Positions 26,484-32,000 of a stretch of 32,000 bases of DNA are shown here, one piece after another. The position numbers and the translations under genes are program-made. The stretch lies in the sequence record NC_004629.1; one strand, written 5' to 3'. The notes under the pieces were generated by a model. It had not been told where the DNA came from and ran no database searches. It saw only the letters and a program-made list of their open reading frames with translations. Origin of the DNA: Pseudomonas phage phiKZ. Position 1 is the stretch's first letter. Every line of letters begins with the position of its first letter.

Positions 26484-26972
26484 ATGGTTATTACACATCA
26501 AACTGTAGACCAGATAGATACACAAGTGAGTTTAGGTTTACCTATTGGTTACTATGGTGCTAATGATGATCTATCTACATTAATTAGGATGATTGGTGAT
26601 TGGAACATCAGACCCATTGAAGAGCGTAGGACACTAGGTACAGGTTATATTGTAGCTGTCCCATCGAATACTCGTACACGAGTGATTTACACTGCTGGTC
26701 GTAAGAAATGGCTAGAAGCATTAGATTTTAGCCCCGAATTAGCCGAGAAGTATATTCGTGCTTGTAGTGCAATAAAACGATGCTGGGACCACGATGTCGC
26801 AACCTTTGTCCTAACACATAATAAAATTAGCGACGAATTACTTAAAGAATTGATGAGTGTTGAGAATCCTAAAGCTGTACTCAATCACTATAAAATTCCT
26901 GTAAAGATTTCTAGAAATAGAATAATTGCAGCTTGTCAAATAATCTTCAATATTCGTGGACTAAAAGTCTAA
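26484..26972 (+). CDS. Hypothetical protein (162 aa)
   Basis: Intact ORF, GGAAGAG SD. Confidence 0.55.
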   Translation: MVITHQTVDQIDTQVSLGLPIGYYGANDDLSTLIRMIGDWNIRPIEERRTLGTGYIVAVPSNTRTRVIYTAGRKKWLEALDFSPELAEKYIRACSAIKRCWDHDVATFVLTHNKISDELLKELMSVENPKAVLNHYKIPVKISRNRIIAACQIIFNIRGLKV

Positions 26973-26984
26973 TACTTTTATAGG

Positions 26985-27009
26985 AGAGAACCATGATGGT
27001 TCTCTCTTT
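26985..27009 (+). terminator. Rho-independent terminator
   Basis: AGAGAACC-ATGAT-GGTTCTCT followed by TTTT. Confidence 0.75.
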
Positions 27010-27062
27010 TTGACGTAAGTGCATTATTGTTATGATAAGACTTTCGTACAAGGAAAACTACT

Positions 27063-27494
27063 ATGTTACTTTTTGTTGATACAGAATTTGATACGCCTAC
27101 TGGTACTCTTATTTCACTCGGTATTGTTAGTGAAGATCGACGTTGTGAATTCTACGAAGTTCTACCATATGACAATATTGAAGATGAATGGGTTAAAGAA
27201 AACGTTATTCCTATTCTTCAAAAAGAACCAATCTCTTTAGAAGAATTCCATGATAGACTAGCCAAGTTTCTTGGTCAGTTTGCTCGATTACATTTTATAG
27301 CTAATCATGTTAACGATATGGTTTACACTGGTAAAGCTATGGATATGGGTAAAGGTAAACAAGTTGTTGAGTTACCAACTATATTTGAATTAAATCATGA
27401 GCTAAGTGGAAAAGGTTCTAAAATGCTTCACAACGCACTATTTGATGCTCGTGCAACTCTAGATGACTGGGAGCGTTTAAATGGTGTGAACTAA
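27063..27494 (+). CDS. DEDD-superfamily 3'-5' exonuclease (DnaQ/RNase T fold)
   Basis: 'MLLFVDTEFDTPTGTLISLGIV' (ExoI, DxE) and C-terminal 'HNALFDARATLDDW' (ExoIII HxxxxD). Confidence 0.75.
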   Translation: MLLFVDTEFDTPTGTLISLGIVSEDRRCEFYEVLPYDNIEDEWVKENVIPILQKEPISLEEFHDRLAKFLGQFARLHFIANHVNDMVYTGKAMDMGKGKQVVELPTIFELNHELSGKGSKMLHNALFDARATLDDWERLNGVN

Positions 27495-27513
27495 CCTTTT
27501 TGGGATAGCCATC

Positions 27514-28173
27514 ATGACTAACACCTTTGAGAAGATGTCAGGCGACAAATATAGAAAAAGTCGTCCAGAAATCGTACTGCGTTTGCTGATCGCAACCAGT
27601 TTTCCTCAATCCGTTTTAGCCGATTTGACTTTTGATATTACTAAGCAAGTTGGTATTACTGATAACGATGAATTAGAGAAGATTGCTAATGACATGCGTG
27701 ATGTTGAACGTAAGTTTGACATGACTGATTTCGTTAGATGTATTGATCTACGTCGTAATGGTAATGACGTAAATATAACTGTTAATTGTTGGGATTTTGA
27801 TCCACGTGCTAAAACTATCGAGGATCGTGCGGAGAACCATGAATTCCTGGCAAACAGTAATATTACCTTACATTCACCAGAAGCAGATTTTAATGATCCA
27901 CGTGAACTGGCTAGTAAATTAGTTGGACTATTTTTTCGTAGCAAGATAGGTCAAAAGCCATCAGCTAGTAATTTTACTAAGGGATGGAAAATTCTTAGTA
28001 AACCAATTAGTAAATCTAAAAATACAGGTGATATAGAATCAATCGATCTAGTTGATGCTATTGAACTAGTAGCTCAGAGTTTAGCTAAACGTAGGTTTAA
28101 CATTAAAATTACCACAAGCGCTATTTTATTACTTGATCAGAAAAGACGGTTATTTAATATAACGCGTGGTTAA
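27514..28173 (+). CDS. Hypothetical protein (219 aa)
   Basis: Intact ORF, last plus-strand gene before convergent transcription. Confidence 0.55.
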   Translation: MTNTFEKMSGDKYRKSRPEIVLRLLIATSFPQSVLADLTFDITKQVGITDNDELEKIANDMRDVERKFDMTDFVRCIDLRRNGNDVNITVNCWDFDPRAKTIEDRAENHEFLANSNITLHSPEADFNDPRELASKLVGLFFRSKIGQKPSASNFTKGWKILSKPISKSKNTGDIESIDLVDAIELVAQSLAKRRFNIKITTSAILLLDQKRRLFNITRG

Positions 28174-28184
28174 AACAACATAAT

Positions 28185-28205
28185 GCCCTCCCATTGCGGG
28201 AGGGC
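28185..28205. terminator. Bidirectional intergenic hairpin between convergent genes
   Basis: GCCCTCCC-ATTGC-GGGAGGGC, perfect 8-bp stem between stops at 28173 (+) and 28214 (-). Confidence 0.75.
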
Positions 28206-28213
28206 TTATGCCG

Positions 28214-30163
28214 TTAAACTTTTACAAGTTTATCATTTTCTATTTTCCAATTAGCATGGAAAGAAATTGGTTGACCAGTGGTCTCATCAAGAATGTCACC
28301 AGTCTTTAACCTATTTTTAATAGCTCGGTTATTTCCAAAGAATGGAACTAGTTTAGCTACTGTTACATCAGCTAATCCTGGATCTTTCATTACATACCAG
28401 CCAGGTGTTGAAGCCAGTTCATCATACTGGACAACTTTAGAAGTATCTGCAAAGATAACAATATCACCATGTCGTCCGTTCTGGACACGTTGTGATAGTT
28501 TACCCCATGTGGAGTTATTATCATAAACATATACATTAGCTGTATTTAATGTCTCACCAAGGAATGTACGGCGTAATGCAGTCAATACTATTGGTTTTAT
28601 ATTAATGTTATTCTTATATGCATTCGCTACACGATACATATACTTGGTCATGCTAAGATTAATATATTCATAAATTTTAGCTTTACTTATCCCTTTATAA
28701 TCATCCCATGCCATTGTACCTATAAGGGATGCTTCATTATAAAGAGAAGCAGGTTTTGAACTAAGTACCACTTGATGCTGCATTGTGTAAGTATAAGGTA
28801 CACGTACGTTAATACGTATCTGATCATTATCATGGATTAAAAGAGTTGATCCATGAGTTATCAGATCCCACTGAGTAATGCCCTGACTAAATAAGAATGA
28901 TCCAACTAAATAGCCATTTATTTGAATATCGCCTAGATAATCCTGATGGTCAGTACCATTTGAGTAACCTAGATTAAGATCAAAATAACGCTTAGCTGTT
29001 AGTATCTGAGTAGTATCAATAGCTTGGCCATTATCACGTGCAACAAAGATACCATCATCTACACCAACTTGGAATCTAAATGAAATAGCATACGGTTTAT
29101 TAGGATTTTCAGATGTCGTACAAAGAAAATTGTAAATGTACTCGCCAGTATGATCGAAGGTAAATTCAGGAATATCTTCTTTGTTATACGCTGGGAAAGT
29201 AACAAGCTTAATCTCACTTTCACTTGAATCACCTTTGATAACAAAGTCAGTTACTTGACCATTACCAATAGATTTATTCATACCTGTAAACAAACCAGAT
29301 GATGCAGCTTTTGGTGACCAGCTTAGCATCTGATTTACAGTATATTGAACATCTGACCTATCAACAACACCAGAGAAATAAGAACCAAAATTAAAGGCTA
29401 GTCTATTAGCGGTAAATGCAAAACTACCATTATTTTCTTTAGCATCTTCAATATTAGTGTAATCTCTTGAAGCAGAATCAGTTATAACAAAGATACCATT
29501 ACCCGATTTACGCCAAGTAGCTAGATTATCAATAGTCGCCTGACTCACTCTTTCAGGAGTTAATGCACCAGTATTATGATCTTTAGTAGAGAATAGAATA
29601 CATGCATAATACTTATTAAGATCTGTTAAAGTAAGGTCTACTGTGCCACCCATCATTTCTGGGTAATAAACATCATAGGTAGAATCTTGTACACGAGCAG
29701 CCGTATCTAGTATCTTTTTAAAACCATTACCTGACGTATTGAGGACTGAATAAGGTTCACTAGGATTACTATCTGTGATTACTAAGAATTTCTTTCCAGT
29801 TGATTCGTACTTACTACCATTCCTAATAAACCCAATAGCATTATAAAAATATCTTACCCATCCCCATAGATCTTGAGGGTTTGTTGTATTAGCCGGAATT
29901 TGGTAAGTATCATAGTTTAAATTATAGAATTTTGGAAAACTACAATCATAAAGAACATTACCAGTGCCATCTTGCACAACAGCAATAAATGGACTACCAC
30001 CTGTTGCAGGGTCACCATCATAAGCAATGTATTCAGAGAGCACCGGAGGTAACTCCGGGCTCACTGTATAATACACCTTCTGAATATCTGAACTAAAGTT
30101 AAATTTAACTTTAGAGTTTAGTGCCACAGGACCCGGCACTTGCGACGGGACAATAGAAGGCAT
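28214..30163 (-). CDS. Putative virion structural protein (649 aa), multi-domain
   Basis: Long ORF rich in beta-type sequence; contains a Rossmann-like stretch 'YYACILFSTKDH...RVSQATIDNLATWRKSGNGIFVITDSA'. No hard family assignment. Confidence 0.5.
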   Translation of the reverse strand: MPSIVPSQVPGPVALNSKVKFNFSSDIQKVYYTVSPELPPVLSEYIAYDGDPATGGSPFIAVVQDGTGNVLYDCSFPKFYNLNYDTYQIPANTTNPQDLWGWVRYFYNAIGFIRNGSKYESTGKKFLVITDSNPSEPYSVLNTSGNGFKKILDTAARVQDSTYDVYYPEMMGGTVDLTLTDLNKYYACILFSTKDHNTGALTPERVSQATIDNLATWRKSGNGIFVITDSASRDYTNIEDAKENNGSFAFTANRLAFNFGSYFSGVVDRSDVQYTVNQMLSWSPKAASSGLFTGMNKSIGNGQVTDFVIKGDSSESEIKLVTFPAYNKEDIPEFTFDHTGEYIYNFLCTTSENPNKPYAISFRFQVGVDDGIFVARDNGQAIDTTQILTAKRYFDLNLGYSNGTDHQDYLGDIQINGYLVGSFLFSQGITQWDLITHGSTLLIHDNDQIRINVRVPYTYTMQHQVVLSSKPASLYNEASLIGTMAWDDYKGISKAKIYEYINLSMTKYMYRVANAYKNNINIKPIVLTALRRTFLGETLNTANVYVYDNNSTWGKLSQRVQNGRHGDIVIFADTSKVVQYDELASTPGWYVMKDPGLADVTVAKLVPFFGNNRAIKNRLKTGDILDETTGQPISFHANWKIENDKLVKV

Positions 30164-30173
30164 TTCTCACTCC

Positions 30174-30644
30174 TTACGGGGTATACACGGGAATATCAGC
30201 CGTCTTAATAGGTGAGTCAACTCGAATATAATAAGTGATTGGTACAGACAGGCTATACCCACGGATATTTAAAATCCCTGTAGATGAATCGAGATCCCAA
30301 CCAATACTAGCAGAAGCGCTAATAAGCTTACCACTAGTAGGACTAGTAGTTTCAGGGTCGATAATCTTGAGATCAACGATGGATGTAGCCAGAGTATAAT
30401 CACCCATAGAAGTAATAACTTTGGAAAGATCATAAGTAACTACATCTCCTGGGTTTAATGTACCAGTTTGAAATAGAATTGGTTTTAAACCAGTACTAGG
30501 ACCTGGACCAGGGCCACCACCAGATTCTAGGATGGTTGTTACTTTGTCAACCCACCTTAAAATCGCATTATACATTTCTTCACTGGTGGCTTCAGGCCCA
30601 AGAATAAGATCTTCACCAGTATTAGATGAATGTGGATCAGACAT
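30174..30644 (-). CDS. Hypothetical, possibly virion-associated protein (156 aa)
   Basis: Intact ORF immediately upstream of the 649-aa gene; GGGPGPGP linker followed by a beta-rich domain. Confidence 0.5.
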   Translation of the reverse strand: MSDPHSSNTGEDLILGPEATSEEMYNAILRWVDKVTTILESGGGPGPGPSTGLKPILFQTGTLNPGDVVTYDLSKVITSMGDYTLATSIVDLKIIDPETTSPTSGKLISASASIGWDLDSSTGILNIRGYSLSVPITYYIRVDSPIKTADIPVYTP

Positions 30645-30655
30645 TTCTGTCTCCT

Positions 30656-32000
30656 TTAAAACCGCATATATGCGGGCTGATATGGTTTATACATACGTGT
30701 ATCAAAGTCATTAAAATCAATTGCGATATCATACTTCTCAAATGATTCTTTTAGCATCTGATAAATGATTTTATTTTCATCAAAATTATTATTTTTATCA
30801 ACATAACTTTCTAATGACTCTGTGATCTCAAATGGAGATTTAATACCCATAATAGCTTCAACCATTGCCTGACTCCATTTTAGAATGTCATCTGACCTTG
30901 TTGAGATATTCGGTTCATCTTCTGTATCGAGAGTACATTGATATACGACTGTTTGTGAATCCTGACCTTTACGGTAAATTCGAGCAATAGCTTGTTCTAG
31001 AATGTAATGCCTAAACGGTGAATTAATTGTCACCATAGTATCAGCCATCGTCATACGGACCGCTGTTGAAAGGGAAGCATATGTAGCTACCAATGGATTT
31101 AATTTAGGGTCTTTCTCAAATCTACTGATTATTTGAGGTAAATTGTCATTGGTTTTACCATACACCACCGCCGGATGCATACCTAATTTATTGGTGTACT
31201 TATCAACAGTATCAACAACCTCAACAAACGATGTAAATGCAATCGTTTTCTTCATAGTTGATTCAGTGATACCAACCCAGTCAATATACGGTACCATGTC
31301 CACATGGCACTGAATGCGTTTAGCACCTAAAACCCTTCCCAAACATTCACCTTGTATCTTTAGCATAACGTATTTTATAACTGATTTAATATCTCTAAAA
31401 GCAGCTATTTCATTACGAGGTAAAGTTGGCTCTATAAACATTTTTTCATATTGGTTAGATTCTTTAATTTCTTCACCAATGTATCGCGGGTCTTGATTCT
31501 TCTGAATTATTTTAATCAAATTCTTATAGCGAGCGAAACCATCTTTCTGCGCCTGGGTCTTAAGAGAGTTCTCGTGTATCGCCATTAGTTTAGCCCAATA
31601 CTTCTCATCTTCTGGTCGGCGCGCAGCATAGAACTTTACACGTTCTCTAATAAAAGCTTCACAATCACGTTTAATGGCATTAAGAGTATACTGTGATCCA
31701 TTTGGTATCTTGATACGATACGCTTTTATCCTCGGTGGTAAAACCTCAGTATCTTTCTTTTCAATGACGTACGCAATTAACCCAAAGCGATGTTGGACAA
31801 TATCTAATCCTTTCTGTGTCTCTTTTCCAAATGCTTTCTTAAAACGTTCTTCAACCTCATTGGTGAAGAGATCGTCTAATACTCTTAATGCACTTACTAA
31901 TTCAGAACCAAGTGCTTTAACAGGGGTACCTGACGCTAATAATCTGTTATTAGAGTTAGACATAAAACATATTTGCTGGAACTTAAGAGATTGTGCAGAA
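30656..32000 (-). CDS. SNF2-type helicase, C-terminal half (gene continues beyond the window)
   Basis: Motif III-like 'RLLASGTPVKALGSELVSALRVLDDLF', motif VI-like 'EQAIARIYRKGQDSQTVVYQCT'. The reading frame is open upstream of the called ATG (31963) to the window edge (...SAQSLKFQQICFMSNSNNRLLASGTP), so the Walker A/B half lies outside. Confidence 0.75.
   Translation of the reverse strand, partial: SAQSLKFQQICFMSNSNNRLLASGTPVKALGSELVSALRVLDDLFTNEVEERFKKAFGKETQKGLDIVQHRFGLIAYVIEKKDTEVLPPRIKAYRIKIPNGSQYTLNAIKRDCEAFIRERVKFYAARRPEDEKYWAKLMAIHENSLKTQAQKDGFARYKNLIKIIQKNQDPRYIGEEIKESNQYEKMFIEPTLPRNEIAAFRDIKSVIKYVMLKIQGECLGRVLGAKRIQCHVDMVPYIDWVGITESTMKKTIAFTSFVEVVDTVDKYTNKLGMHPAVVYGKTNDNLPQIISRFEKDPKLNPLVATYASLSTAVRMTMADTMVTINSPFRHYILEQAIARIYRKGQDSQTVVYQCTLDTEDEPNISTRSDDILKWSQAMVEAIMGIKSPFEITESLESYVDKNNNFDENKIIYQMLKESFEKYDIAIDFNDFDTRMYKPYQPAYMRF

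Noticed and set aside
27019-27240. 73-aa plus-strand ORF 'MHYCYDKTFVQGK...'
   Set aside because: Overlaps the start of the DEDD exonuclease gene and has a shadow-like composition; 'MLLFVDTEFD' is clearly the real start.

Overview
The window reads as part of a jumbo, phiKZ-like (nucleus-forming type) phage genome. It carries a virion RNA polymerase operon on the minus strand (beta' N-terminal, beta, a 65-aa ORF and a 519-aa ORF). Next to it on the plus strand are a 2241-aa virion protein with a lytic transglycosylase domain and a 664-aa virion-like protein. A run of mostly small plus-strand genes follows, including a dTMP kinase, a DUF3307-like membrane protein and a DEDD exonuclease. On the minus strand at the right end are a large virion-like protein and the C-terminal half of a SNF2-type helicase that runs off the window. 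The strongest observation is that the RNAP beta' gene is interrupted by a ~1443-nt group I intron carrying an NUMOD4/HNH_3-like homing endonuclease. The intron sits between the codons for D and F of the catalytic DFDGD motif. The 61-aa second exon (FDGDTVSF...) is missing from the supplied ORF track, and without splicing the product ends as '...LGAD*', lacking two of the three catalytic aspartates. Secondary observations: a perfect 10-bp hairpin covers the endonuclease Shine-Dalgarno, the endonuclease has a degenerate N-terminal HNH copy, one protein has a C-terminal module resembling Tad1-type sponge proteins, dTMP kinase has a C-terminal extension, the transglycosylase protein has internal repeats, and the terminators form a consistent set. 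Family assignments come from motif recognition and memory; no database search was run.
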